Below, piece after piece: positions 1 to 8,903 of a stretch of DNA of 32,000 nt. Under the pieces are notes generated by a model that searched no databases, was not told the origin of the DNA, and saw nothing but the letters and a program-made list of their open reading frames with translations. This stretch comes from Promethearchaeum syntrophicum (GTDB lineage Archaea; Asgardarchaeota; Lokiarchaeia; Sigyniarchaeales; Promethearchaeaceae): assembly GCF_008000775.2 (NCBI RefSeq), contig NZ_CP042905.2, forward strand, positions 2,370,001 to 2,402,000, read 5' to 3'. The translations under genes were made by a program, and so were the position numbers. Numbering within the stretch: the first letter of the stretch is position 1; each line of letters starts with the position of its first letter.

Positions 1-135
1 TTAATAATTTCGCTTTTTAGACCTGGTCGAGTAAATTTCTGGGCACTTTGGTATTTAGGGGATTTAATTGAAATATTGGTATATATTATCGCTTTAATTA
101 TTAGAATTGCGATTGAAATTGCTTCCAGTAAATAG
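1..135 (+). CDS. 3' end of a truncated CDS, hydrophobic C-terminus (not in ORF track because it lacks a start inside the window)
   Basis: Frame +1 is open from base 1 to TAG at 133-135: LIISLFRPGRVNFWALWYLGDLIEILVYIIALIIRIAIEIASSK*. Confidence 0.55.
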   Translation, partial: LIISLFRPGRVNFWALWYLGDLIEILVYIIALIIRIAIEIASSK

Positions 136-175
136 AAATAAGAAGTTGGAAAGATAGCGGAAAAAAGTAAAATTT

Positions 176-499
176 TCACTCATTCCGCGATATTCTTGGA
201 AATATCATTAACCCCAATATTACTAAAGCGGTAAAAATCAACCCAATGCTCAAAAATGTGATGGAAATCGGAACTTGTTCGAAAATTCCTATAATTCCTG
301 AAATAAGCGAAAGCATCATAACAGTGACCGATGTAAAAGTATTGATTCTAAGGATTGGAATTCCAGATGCATTTCCACAACAACTGCAGCTCTCACAACA
401 ACTATCACAACAGCCCTGAGCACAATTATCACAACAACTTTGGCAACTATTTTCACAGCTCTCAGTGCAACTCTGGGAGCAATCATCACAACAGCTCAA
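176..499 (-). CDS. Small cysteine-cluster membrane protein (16 Cys in the first ~43 residues, then two hydrophobic segments)
   Basis: ORF with MSCCDDCSQSCTESCENSCQSCCDNCAQGCCDSCCESCSCCGN followed by a predicted TM hairpin. Confidence 0.65.
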   Translation of the reverse strand: MSCCDDCSQSCTESCENSCQSCCDNCAQGCCDSCCESCSCCGNASGIPILRINTFTSVTVMMLSLISGIIGIFEQVPISITFLSIGLIFTALVILGLMIFPRISRNE

Positions 500-636
500 A
501 TTAAATCTCCTATCTAAATTAAAAAGATAACTTTACAGTACTAAGTATGGCTTAAAAATGTAGCTTAAATATATCTAATTTGAAATAAAACCTCCAAATA
601 ATTTAAAAAGGAAATTGAAGGATAGTTAGACATCAA

Positions 637-1446
637 ATGGAAGAAAAATCACAGGTTCAAAAAACCAATAAAATGCTTCAAAAAAGTATGATCAGCACTG
701 TCATTTTAGGGGCTTTAGTTCCTTTTACTTTATTTCTTTTATTTTTATATCTGGATTGGTTTCAAGTCCTAAAATTTGACATATCAAGTAGATTTAACTA
801 TTGGAGTATGGTTTTTTTCATTTGTCTAAGTTTTATTTTATTTCTCAGTTTCATACATATTACTGTTCCCATTAAAAACCTTAAAAAGTGCAATAGAGAA
901 AGAAAAAACGTCAATCTAGATAATGATAACAAGGATAACAAAGATTGTGAAGATAGTAAAGAAAAATCAAATTTTAAGAGCGTTTATCTTAAGATAGGTT
1001 GGATTACTCTGAAAACCTCTCATCATAAGCCAGGAAATATTAATCATGAATTAAAAATTGGGGAGCATAATATTTGTTGTGGGTGTTATGGTGGTGCATT
1101 GGGATTAATTATAGGGGAGATTATTGGTTCTCTTTATCTTTTTTATTATAATGAACCAAGTAAAATAATTGGGCTAATCTCCTTTTTTCTTGGAATAATT
1201 CTTATTTTGATCTCATTTGCGAAATATATTTGGGAAGTTTATGATTGGAAGCGGTTATTGTTAAACTCATGCTTGGCATTGGGAACTTGGCTCATTATTA
1301 TCGGGATTAATATATACTTTTTAAATTTTTATTCGGTTCTTTACTATTTCATAGTAGTACCATTTATTGGGATTCAACGTTTAACTCTTTCCAGTTTAGA
1401 TCACCAAGTTAATAAAGAGAATAAAGAAGAATCTAGCCAAGCATAA
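637..1446 (+). CDS. Multi-spanning membrane protein, possibly DUF2085-like (HxxP...ICCGCYGGALG motif)
   Basis: 269-aa ORF with several hydrophobic segments and a central SHHKPGNINHELKIGEHNICCGCYGGALGLIIGEI motif. Confidence 0.7.
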   Translation: MEEKSQVQKTNKMLQKSMISTVILGALVPFTLFLLFLYLDWFQVLKFDISSRFNYWSMVFFICLSFILFLSFIHITVPIKNLKKCNRERKNVNLDNDNKDNKDCEDSKEKSNFKSVYLKIGWITLKTSHHKPGNINHELKIGEHNICCGCYGGALGLIIGEIIGSLYLFYYNEPSKIIGLISFFLGIILILISFAKYIWEVYDWKRLLLNSCLALGTWLIIIGINIYFLNFYSVLYYFIVVPFIGIQRLTLSSLDHQVNKENKEESSQA

Positions 1447-1477
1447 GCTTTTTATAAATTAAAGTTACTGGTTAAGC

Positions 1478-2200
1478 ATGGATAGTGATCAACCGAGTAT
1501 TAAAATCAAGAAATATATTCGTTTATATAACAATGAGTTTATAAGGGATAAAAAGGATGAAAATAATCCTATATTTTTAAGCTATATAATTATAAATTTT
1601 ATACCTTTTCCAGTAATCTGTATTCTAGCTTTATTGTTTTTCCTTTATCGTGAGGAATTTAGTTTAATTATTGCAGAAGTTATAATAGTAATTATTGGAT
1701 TAATTGTGCTAATCTCATTTTTATTAACTCTATGGTTATCAAGAAAGACTTTTATTAAACTATATTATTTGCAAACAAATTTCTTTGAAAGACTTCGTTA
1801 TGAAAAAATAAAATTCACTTTAGAAAAAGAAAAATTTTCACCTAAATTAGAAATTGAAGTTGATAAATACTCAATAAGTAATCCCACAGTAGAATTTATT
1901 AATCATACCAAGAAAATGTCTGAAAAAATGCGAAAAAAAACAAAAATAGAGAGTAGTTTATGTTGTATTTTCTTTGTTGCATTATTTATAATTGGTATGT
2001 TAGAAGGAAAAATCGATTATAATATATTTTTCTATTTGTTACTATCTTTTATTGTTCCAATAGTATTTTTAGCCTATCTTTGTATAAGTTTTCAATCTGT
2101 TGATTATTTTTTGATGGCAGTGTTAGGAGCGGATATAGAAAGGTGGCATTCTATTCGGTTGTCTGATAAATGGAAGAATAAAGCAAATTATACTGTTTAG
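1478..2200 (+). CDS. Hypothetical membrane protein with two TM pairs
   Basis: 240-aa ORF directly downstream of the preceding membrane protein gene; hydrophobic segment pairs around a charged central loop. Confidence 0.65.
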   Translation: MDSDQPSIKIKKYIRLYNNEFIRDKKDENNPIFLSYIIINFIPFPVICILALLFFLYREEFSLIIAEVIIVIIGLIVLISFLLTLWLSRKTFIKLYYLQTNFFERLRYEKIKFTLEKEKFSPKLEIEVDKYSISNPTVEFINHTKKMSEKMRKKTKIESSLCCIFFVALFIIGMLEGKIDYNIFFYLLLSFIVPIVFLAYLCISFQSVDYFLMAVLGADIERWHSIRLSDKWKNKANYTV

Positions 2201-2217
2201 ATTTCCAATTAATGATA

Positions 2218-2228
2218 TTTTTTTTTTT
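2218..2228 (+). terminator. T-run downstream of the 1478..2200 gene, candidate archaeal poly-U terminator
   Basis: Uninterrupted T-run shortly after the stop codon. Confidence 0.4.
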
Positions 2229-2276
2229 CAAAGAAAGAAATATAGAATAAAAAGAATAATATCAAATTAGAAGGAA

Positions 2277-2903
2277 ATGGAGAAGAACAAAATTACTAAA
2301 GAACAGCAATTTCTAGTATCTAAAGCAAATGAAGAAGATAGTTCAGGTATTCACAAAATTTTAATAAAAAACTTGATAGAAGTGAAAGATGTTAAATCTT
2401 TAACTCCGAAAGAAAAAAAACTCTTGAAAGAACATGGGTTTTTGCGTAAAGAAGTGCCTGAAAGTTATTATCTTGGATTAATTAAAGATTCCGAAGTAGA
2501 TATATACATTGCAAAGAATTTGAAGAATGAGATTATAGGATTTGCAAGCTTTCATTTAAATAAAGCAGATATTAGAAAATTTAGGAGTTCGGTAGAGAAG
2601 ATTGATGCTACTAGCCCAGAAAATTTAGATATACTAACGAATTCAGAAAATAAATTTATCTATCTTGATCAAATTGCTGTGGATCCAAAATACCATCGAA
2701 GCGGAATCGGAAAACTAATATTTCAAAAAGCACTCCAAAATTTTACAAAACCTATCGTATCATTTATTGTTAAAATACCGTTGGATAATCTTGCTTCAGC
2801 AAAATGGCATGAGAGGGTGGGTTTTACTCAAATTGCACAAGTCGAAGGAAATTATAAAGAAACTAAGTTTAATTGGTGCGTTTATCTATTCGAAAAAGAA
2901 TGA
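2277..2903 (+). CDS. GNAT-family N-acetyltransferase
   Basis: IYLDQIAVDPKYHRSGIGKLIFQKAL (acetyl-CoA binding motif A) and DNLASAKWHERVGFTQIAQVEG. Confidence 0.88.
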   Translation: MEKNKITKEQQFLVSKANEEDSSGIHKILIKNLIEVKDVKSLTPKEKKLLKEHGFLRKEVPESYYLGLIKDSEVDIYIAKNLKNEIIGFASFHLNKADIRKFRSSVEKIDATSPENLDILTNSENKFIYLDQIAVDPKYHRSGIGKLIFQKALQNFTKPIVSFIVKIPLDNLASAKWHERVGFTQIAQVEGNYKETKFNWCVYLFEKE

Positions 2904-2982
2904 AAGAATTGCTGTTTTATTATAAATAAGCATAAATTGCTTCTTAGCTACATTTAAAATTATTCAAGATACAGAATTTAAT

Positions 2983-3663
2983 ATGAAGAAAAAAGTGAAA
3001 AATGGGATAATCACCATTTTTTTATTAATAGTTATAGGGGGTGTAGGATTTACCTTATACAAGATAATAAACGACCCTGATTTTGATCCTGGAAATTTAC
3101 TAAATCAATTTGATAATGAGGATAGATATGATGATTCAGTTCTTGATTATATGGGTGTTATTTATGAAAATCAATCCGATATCAATGCAGTGAATGAGGC
3201 ATATTCCAATACAGAAAATTGCCCATGGGGTTTTATTCATGAAGGCTTTGATTACTTTATGAATAATAATACTGCTGTATTAGCTGCAACACCGGGAAAA
3301 GTGTATGATATTGCTTTTACAGATAACGGTGAAGGTGTTGATAATCGATATTACGTTGCGATTTGGATTCGATTCAATGAAACAGTAGAAATTGGTTATA
3401 ATTTTGAGAGTTGGACAACAAATGAATCAAATTGGGAAAATCAAAAAAGCATGATTACTATTCAAGTAGATGATTGGGTTGAACAAGGGCAAGAAATTGG
3501 AAGATTTCTACAAGTTGGGGAAGGGGCTCATATTCACTTTGATGTTATTGAAAATAATGAGCGTCAATGCCATATTAGATATTATTCTCCAGAAGCTTTT
3601 ATAGAAATTATGGAATTAATCCACTTTTATCATAGTGATTGGGATTATTGTTATATCGAATGA
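2983..3663 (+). CDS. Membrane-anchored M23-like (LytM fold) peptidase domain protein
   Basis: N-terminal TM anchor; HEGFD (HxxxD) plus HIHFDV (HxH) match the M23 zinc-ligand pattern; WVEQGQEIGRFLQVGEGAHIHF is typical M23 spacing. Confidence 0.7.
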   Translation: MKKKVKNGIITIFLLIVIGGVGFTLYKIINDPDFDPGNLLNQFDNEDRYDDSVLDYMGVIYENQSDINAVNEAYSNTENCPWGFIHEGFDYFMNNNTAVLAATPGKVYDIAFTDNGEGVDNRYYVAIWIRFNETVEIGYNFESWTTNESNWENQKSMITIQVDDWVEQGQEIGRFLQVGEGAHIHFDVIENNERQCHIRYYSPEAFIEIMELIHFYHSDWDYCYIE

Positions 3664-3676
3664 TTTTTTTTTTTTT
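3664..3676 (+). terminator. 13-T run, candidate terminator for the 2983..3663 gene
   Basis: T13 starting immediately after the TGA stop. Confidence 0.5.
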
Positions 3677-3783
3677 TTCTACAGATTTGATTAAATTTTT
3701 AAGATCATGCAAAAATAACATATTTTTCTTTTCATAATTAAGTATATTGATAAAAAGATGAACAAATAAGCAAAAAAATTTAT

Positions 3784-3796
3784 AAAAAAAAAAAAA
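3784..3796 (-). terminator. 13-A run (T13 on the minus strand), candidate terminator for the convergent metalloprotease gene
   Basis: A13 on the plus strand about 20 nt past the minus-strand stop codon. Confidence 0.5.
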
Positions 3797-3814
3797 GGAT
3801 TAATTATTCACATT

Positions 3815-6043
3815 TTATGCAGGAATATTATATCCAAGATCAACAGTATAACTAGTTAATTTGGCATTTCGAGATACCATGCGTACTGCAATATAATAAG
3901 TTCCTGCAGTTGGGACATTAAACGAACAAGTTTCAGGATTTGTTCCAGCATTTCCTATTGCAACTGAGTCTGTATAATCAGCAGAATTGCATATATATAA
4001 ATCCAGATTATAATTATTGCTCCACGAAAGAATGGCATCAATCATACCAGGTTGTACATCAATAGCAAAATAGTCAACCTCAAATTTCAGAAGATCTCCT
4101 GTCAACGTTTCTTCAAAATAAACGACATCTCCAGAAACTTCATTATCTACAGTGATTGTTAGGCTATCTTCACCATAATTACCGGCTGCATCATATGCTC
4201 GTACAGTTATTACATGATCACCATTAGGTACAGATTTCGTATCCCAAGTCCATGCGTAAGGAGAAGAAGAATCGGTTGTCCAACTCCCCCCATCAATAGA
4301 GTATTGAGTATAACTCACCCCAATATTATCTGTTGCTGTGGCTTCAATAGAAATGAAATCACTAACAATTGCACCATTTATTGGAGACGTAATACTAACA
4401 ACTGGATCTACAGTATCTGATGGAGTACTTCCTTGTTCAATTGAGAAGGAATAATCAACTAATCCAACATCAGCACTGGAGATCATCAAAACATAACCGT
4501 TGTCAACAAATCCCGCTAAACCAAAGGGACTGGTTGTTGTTTCAGTGGCATCATCTAACGTCAATGTTTCTATTGCTGTATAAGTAGGAACATCGCTAAT
4601 GAGTTCAACAGCGATTAAAGTTACTAAGAAATCGGTTTCTGTGGTTCTTCTTCCACCGGCGGGTGCTCCATCATCTCCATTAAATGAAAACATTGGATCA
4701 TATTCTGATTGAATTTGATTGAATTTCACATAATCAGATCCATAGGACCCCAATTCATACACACCAGTAGGATCTCCTAAATAACTCGAAGTTTCACCGA
4801 AATCAGATCCATATACATCGGAAACAAATGCTTCGTTAATATCATAAATCCGAATTTTATCCGGTTCTAAATCATCGAGATTAAAAGTAGTATAATCATA
4901 TTTTCCCCCGCCAATTGTGTCTGTATGAATTAGATTTGCTATTCGCCAATCATGGTAAACATCATCAAAGGTTTCTGAATATCCAAAATATGTTAACGCT
5001 TGATTAATTCCGGTAATTCCAGGAACGCCATTTTGAACAAAATAACTCAAGAAAGCGGCTCCGCCATAATGATCGGAGAGATAAACAGCCCACATTAAAG
5101 CTGCTCCGTAATCTGCAAGAATATTAATTCCACCTTGATCTTCCCATACGGTTAATGAATTATCAGGAGTTGCAAGATACGCTTCAATATCACCCCAAGC
5201 TACCCCATATCCACAAAGAGGTTCTGCATACATAGAACACCCTTCATTCATAAAAGTATCATCATTAGAATTGTAATCGTCGTGGATTAAATGTTGATAT
5301 TCATGAGCAACTACTCCCTCGTAAAGATTGGGTCGTAGAGCAGTATCACCAATTCTATTTTCCCAATCCATGCAATCAATGGAAATAATATTGCGATCAA
5401 AAGCTTGTTCTAAGACTCCCCAATAAAAACCCACAATATAATAAGGATAGGTTTGGTCGTAGTAATTATCATCACGAATATTGGAAACAAGCATTACAGA
5501 ACGTCCAGTTTCTTCATAGTACGCATCTCCTTGTTGGGCTGAACTTCCATCATGGAAATCAGGTGTACCAAAGTAAGAAGTGTCGATGGGATATATATTA
5601 GTGTCAAATTCATCGATCATATAAGCAACTTGGTCATCAGTTATCACTGGCAAATCTCGATCATCTGGAAAGCTTAAATCGAGAGCTACCCAAATTTCAA
5701 TATTATTTCCAACACCTCGGAGTTCAAAGGGAACAGTAATTGTCCCTGTATTAGAATCATAGCTATACCAATCTACGATATCACCGTCTGCGTAATAGGT
5801 TAAAGGTTCAACAGCGGCAGAACTTGGCACTTCGGAAGAAGCTATAGTCCGATCAGGTGTTGAAACAGCAGGTAAATTTTCCATTGTTCGCGCTCGTATT
5901 TCTGGACCCATATCAATAGGTTCATATGCAGAATAGTCAAACTGTTTATTTTGATTTTTTTGCAATGCTACCCCGAATGTAAGGATACTTGAAAAAACTA
6001 TAACGAAAACTAATGAGAAAATTATAGATTTATTCTTTTTCAT
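3815..6043 (-). CDS. Secreted M6/immune-inhibitor-A-like zinc metalloprotease with Ig-like and PPC-like C-terminal domains
   Basis: Signal peptide (KNKSIIFSLVFVIVFSSILTFGVAL); VVAHEYQHLIHDDYN...FMNEGCSMYAE (HExxH plus downstream Glu); PVVSITSPINGAIVSDFISIEATATDNIGV Ig-like domain; C-terminal beta domain with PTAGTYYIAV. Confidence 0.85.
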   Translation of the reverse strand: MKKNKSIIFSLVFVIVFSSILTFGVALQKNQNKQFDYSAYEPIDMGPEIRARTMENLPAVSTPDRTIASSEVPSSAAVEPLTYYADGDIVDWYSYDSNTGTITVPFELRGVGNNIEIWVALDLSFPDDRDLPVITDDQVAYMIDEFDTNIYPIDTSYFGTPDFHDGSSAQQGDAYYEETGRSVMLVSNIRDDNYYDQTYPYYIVGFYWGVLEQAFDRNIISIDCMDWENRIGDTALRPNLYEGVVAHEYQHLIHDDYNSNDDTFMNEGCSMYAEPLCGYGVAWGDIEAYLATPDNSLTVWEDQGGINILADYGAALMWAVYLSDHYGGAAFLSYFVQNGVPGITGINQALTYFGYSETFDDVYHDWRIANLIHTDTIGGGKYDYTTFNLDDLEPDKIRIYDINEAFVSDVYGSDFGETSSYLGDPTGVYELGSYGSDYVKFNQIQSEYDPMFSFNGDDGAPAGGRRTTETDFLVTLIAVELISDVPTYTAIETLTLDDATETTTSPFGLAGFVDNGYVLMISSADVGLVDYSFSIEQGSTPSDTVDPVVSITSPINGAIVSDFISIEATATDNIGVSYTQYSIDGGSWTTDSSSPYAWTWDTKSVPNGDHVITVRAYDAAGNYGEDSLTITVDNEVSGDVVYFEETLTGDLLKFEVDYFAIDVQPGMIDAILSWSNNYNLDLYICNSADYTDSVAIGNAGTNPETCSFNVPTAGTYYIAVRMVSRNAKLTSYTVDLGYNIPA

Positions 6044-6226
6044 AGTTTACCACAAATATGTAATATATAATCACTTTAAAAAAATGATTAAGTTGTTTTT
6101 GTTCATTTTGGTTATAAATGTTGTTAATATTTTTTCTATTATTATAAATAGGAAAAAAAAATTCCCACTTTTGTATTAAAAAAAGTAAAATAAGAAATTT
6201 AAAAAAAATCATTTGGGATTATTACG

Positions 6227-6472
6227 TCATTGCATTTTTTTGAGAACCCATAATATTATCACTGATATAATAAGTGAAACTCCCACAAATATGGTCCCGT
6301 ACAATGGATCAAATGCATCAACAGCATAAAATAGTGTGATAAGTTGAGCTACCAATCCGATTACAAAAACTAATTGCAAGTTTTTTAGGAAATTATTTTC
6401 CTGTTCATCCATTTTCACTCTAATGGAATCCCGTTCTCGAGTAAGTAATTTTCTAATTTCCTTAATCAACAA
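6227..6472 (-). CDS. Small membrane protein, charged N-terminus and two TM segments
   Basis: 81-aa ORF with LVFVIGLVAQLITLFYAVDAF and LYGTIFVGVSLIISVIILWVL. Confidence 0.5.
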   Translation of the reverse strand: MLIKEIRKLLTRERDSIRVKMDEQENNFLKNLQLVFVIGLVAQLITLFYAVDAFDPLYGTIFVGVSLIISVIILWVLKKMQ

Positions 6473-6484
6473 TAAGAGATTCTC

Positions 6485-7273
6485 TTAGAACTCCCATCCG
6501 TGGAGAATTTTAACCATTTGTTTAAATAAACGCGTTTTAAAAACGGAAGTAAAAATTAATCTGGGCGTTCTTGAGACTTGTAGATCTTTATAAATTTTGA
6601 GGACCACAATATTAATTTCTTCATCAATTTTTTCCAATTTATCTGAGCGAGTAGACATACCTAAAGCATATTTAAAGTATTTTCCTTCAATATCAAATTC
6701 TTTTTTATCAATTTCAGAGCTAGTTTCCCACCAAATCCAGTTATGATGCCAAGGAGATGCTTTTTCACCGTATGTTTTCTTTTCGCTACAATTATTTGTT
6801 TCCTGAAAATTTACAAATTCGGATTCGAAATTATCTAATCCGTCTTTCATATTTAATCCATTTGATAGTAGAATGTTTGTTGGATAAGAAGAGAAAATTA
6901 AATCATCAATACTCATAAAATCAGAGAAATCCAATCTTGCTTGCATTACAACTACTCCTTCTGGAAATACTTGTGCCTCAATTTCAATTTTCCCTTTGAT
7001 TTGAGGATTATCCTTTCCAATAAAGCTATTTTTATATATTTTTAAACATATGGGTAAAAATTAGTGCCCGGTAGTTGCAATCCATTTAAGAGGTATCAGA
7101 TTTCCTTCGGAATTTCTAAATTCCTAATTTTCCTTAACTCTTCTACTATAATTATCACTTTCCAAAAATAGATTTTTCATTTCTTCCGAAGAAAAGTTAA
7201 AGCAAGAGTCATAAAGTTTCCAAAAAACTAAAGTTGTTTTAAATTTAATATTTTCATTTTCAAGCTTATATGA
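6485..7273 (-). pseudogene. Degraded or sequence-disrupted gene; the listed 153-aa ORF (6485..6946) is its C-terminal part
   Basis: The frame of the 153-aa ORF continues upstream with coding-like sequence (KNSFIGKDNPQIKGKIEIEAQVFPEGVVVMQARLDF), through in-frame TAA (7061-7063) and TAG (7124-7126), to SYKLENENIKFKTTLVFWKLYDSCFNFSSEEMKNLFLESDNYSRRVKEN. Confidence 0.6.
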
Positions 7274-7413
7274 TCACCAAGGCTTTCGAAGATGATGTAA
7301 TAATATGCACTTTTAATAATAAAAAGCTATATGCACAAAAATGTAATTTGAAGATTTATTTTTTCCGTTCAAAAAATTATTCTGAAAAATTAACCAAAAA
7401 ACAAAAAAAAAAA

Positions 7414-7698
7414 CTAACGACTTAAAGTGAAGATACTTTGAGATTTTGTGAGTGTTTCTATTAGAGAATTAATTGTATCGTCAACAAATTCAATATTTAT
7501 TGTCTCTAAACGTTTTTTCAATCCATTTTTTAAAACAAACACTGTATCATTATAGTTTATTTGGTTATAATTTAATTTGTGTTGAAATCCATTATCATTA
7601 AATGCAATTCTAATTAAACCTTTACACGCCAGATAGGGTCTATGTGTTAATTCGGAAAGAGAATGACCTAAAACATTGATTATTTCACTAATTTTGAT
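7414..7698 (-). CDS. Unlisted ~94-codon ORF with no ATG/GTG/TTG start, directly behind the 7688..8491 gene
   Basis: Open frame IKISEIINVLGHSLSELTHRPYLACKGLIRIAFNDNGFQHKLNYNQINYNDTVFVLKNGLKKRLETINIEFVDDTINSLIETLTKSQSIFTLSR*; GGAGGGGG at 7699-7706 (minus strand) sits 6 nt before an in-frame ATT (7690-7692). Confidence 0.5.
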   Translation of the reverse strand: MKISEIINVLGHSLSELTHRPYLACKGLIRIAFNDNGFQHKLNYNQINYNDTVFVLKNGLKKRLETINIEFVDDTINSLIETLTKSQSIFTLSR

Positions 7699-8491
7699 CC
7701 CCCTCCAACATTTGGTTTATAATTTCCTCTTCAGTAATCCCAACATCAGCTTTATTTTCGACGATATATCCACGATTTAAGAAATTCTTCAATTTTTTTG
7801 GCATTACCCAAGCTAAAAACTGCATAACCATTATTGTGGCGATCATTATCATTTGGATGTAAAATACATAATCGTGAAGAATTCTATTAGTTAAAATATC
7901 CAATAAATCAGGAAGACTGACAAACATTTCAAAAAATGCTGAATATATAACTAAGAGTAAACGTTTTTTAATCCAAGGTTGTACTTTTTTATCTTTAATT
8001 TGATGGAACGACTCCAATCCGGAATAAGCTAGCCATCCGAAGACTATTATTGCCCAAGTGATGGAAAAAGTATTATCCAAAATTTTCCCTGTGCGAGATA
8101 ATATAATATCATCATATTGATTTAGAAGAAGCAAAATCTTAGGAATAATAAGAATAATATAGTTAACTGTAGTAAAAATGACGATTGATTTAAAAGAACT
8201 TTTTTTATTCTCATGAAATGTGAATTTTGTAAAGAAATTCATTCCCATATATACTGCATACATGATAGTATAATCAATTAATTGGACTGCTAAATTAAAA
8301 CCCCAGACAATAAAAAAACAAATCATGAGTATATAAGAGATACCTAAAATGATCATTCCTTTATCCAATTTATCTTTTCCTCGTACAACTAAGAAAATAC
8401 CTGCTATTAATGATAGAATTGCGGCTGGGACTAAAATAATGATTTGGATAATTTGTTCTGTCATCAGAAGAATGAATGAAACTACTCTCAT
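7688..8491 (-). CDS. Polytopic membrane protein of unknown function (about 7 TM)
   Basis: 267-aa ORF with repeated hydrophobic segments and an acidic cytosolic-type C-terminus. Confidence 0.7.
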   Translation of the reverse strand: MRVVSFILLMTEQIIQIIILVPAAILSLIAGIFLVVRGKDKLDKGMIILGISYILMICFFIVWGFNLAVQLIDYTIMYAVYMGMNFFTKFTFHENKKSSFKSIVIFTTVNYIILIIPKILLLLNQYDDIILSRTGKILDNTFSITWAIIVFGWLAYSGLESFHQIKDKKVQPWIKKRLLLVIYSAFFEMFVSLPDLLDILTNRILHDYVFYIQMIMIATIMVMQFLAWVMPKKLKNFLNRGYIVENKADVGITEEEIINQMLEGDQN

Positions 8492-8903
8492 TTAAATATT
8501 CGTAAATTTGAATTTCTTCTTTTTCTTATGAAAAAATGGAAATATCAAAGATATCTGATAAAAATTTTGAGAGAAAACCATAAATGTGTCTTTTATTACG
8601 GATTTTTCTACGAAACCGTTATCGAAAAAAAGACTAAAATAAAGAGTAATTAAAAAATAATCCAAATTATAGACGAGCTTCCATATGTTCAATGTGGGGC
8701 TTGTATACAACAGTGTCCTCGGAATTTTCAAATTTTCGACCAATTAGCTAAGGTAGTTCAAGTGATAGAAAAAACACAAGTTATCGGAAAAAACATTTAA
8801 TTTATCGGATTAAACTTTATATTCGTTCAATTTTACATTTTTTTTGTAGATAATTATATACAAAAATATGTTGTCAAAAAACTTCATTTAGGAAATCTCA
8901 ATT

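Noticed and set aside
380-499. Apparent short tandem repeat of ACAACA/TCACAACA units
   Set aside because: Explained by codon-level repetition of Cys/Ser in the 107-aa protein; not an independent satellite or CRISPR.
4214-4420. 68-aa ORF antisense to the metalloprotease
   Set aside because: Arg/Ile-rich shadow ORF with no plausible fold.
6030-6212. 60-aa ORF overlapping the protease start
   Set aside because: Phe/Ile/Asn-rich translation of AT-rich intergenic DNA.
8492-8743. 83-aa ORF abutting the 7688..8491 gene
   Set aside because: Composition typical of translated AT-rich spacer (FFFHKKKKKFKF); no convincing motif, though it was considered as an N-terminal extension.
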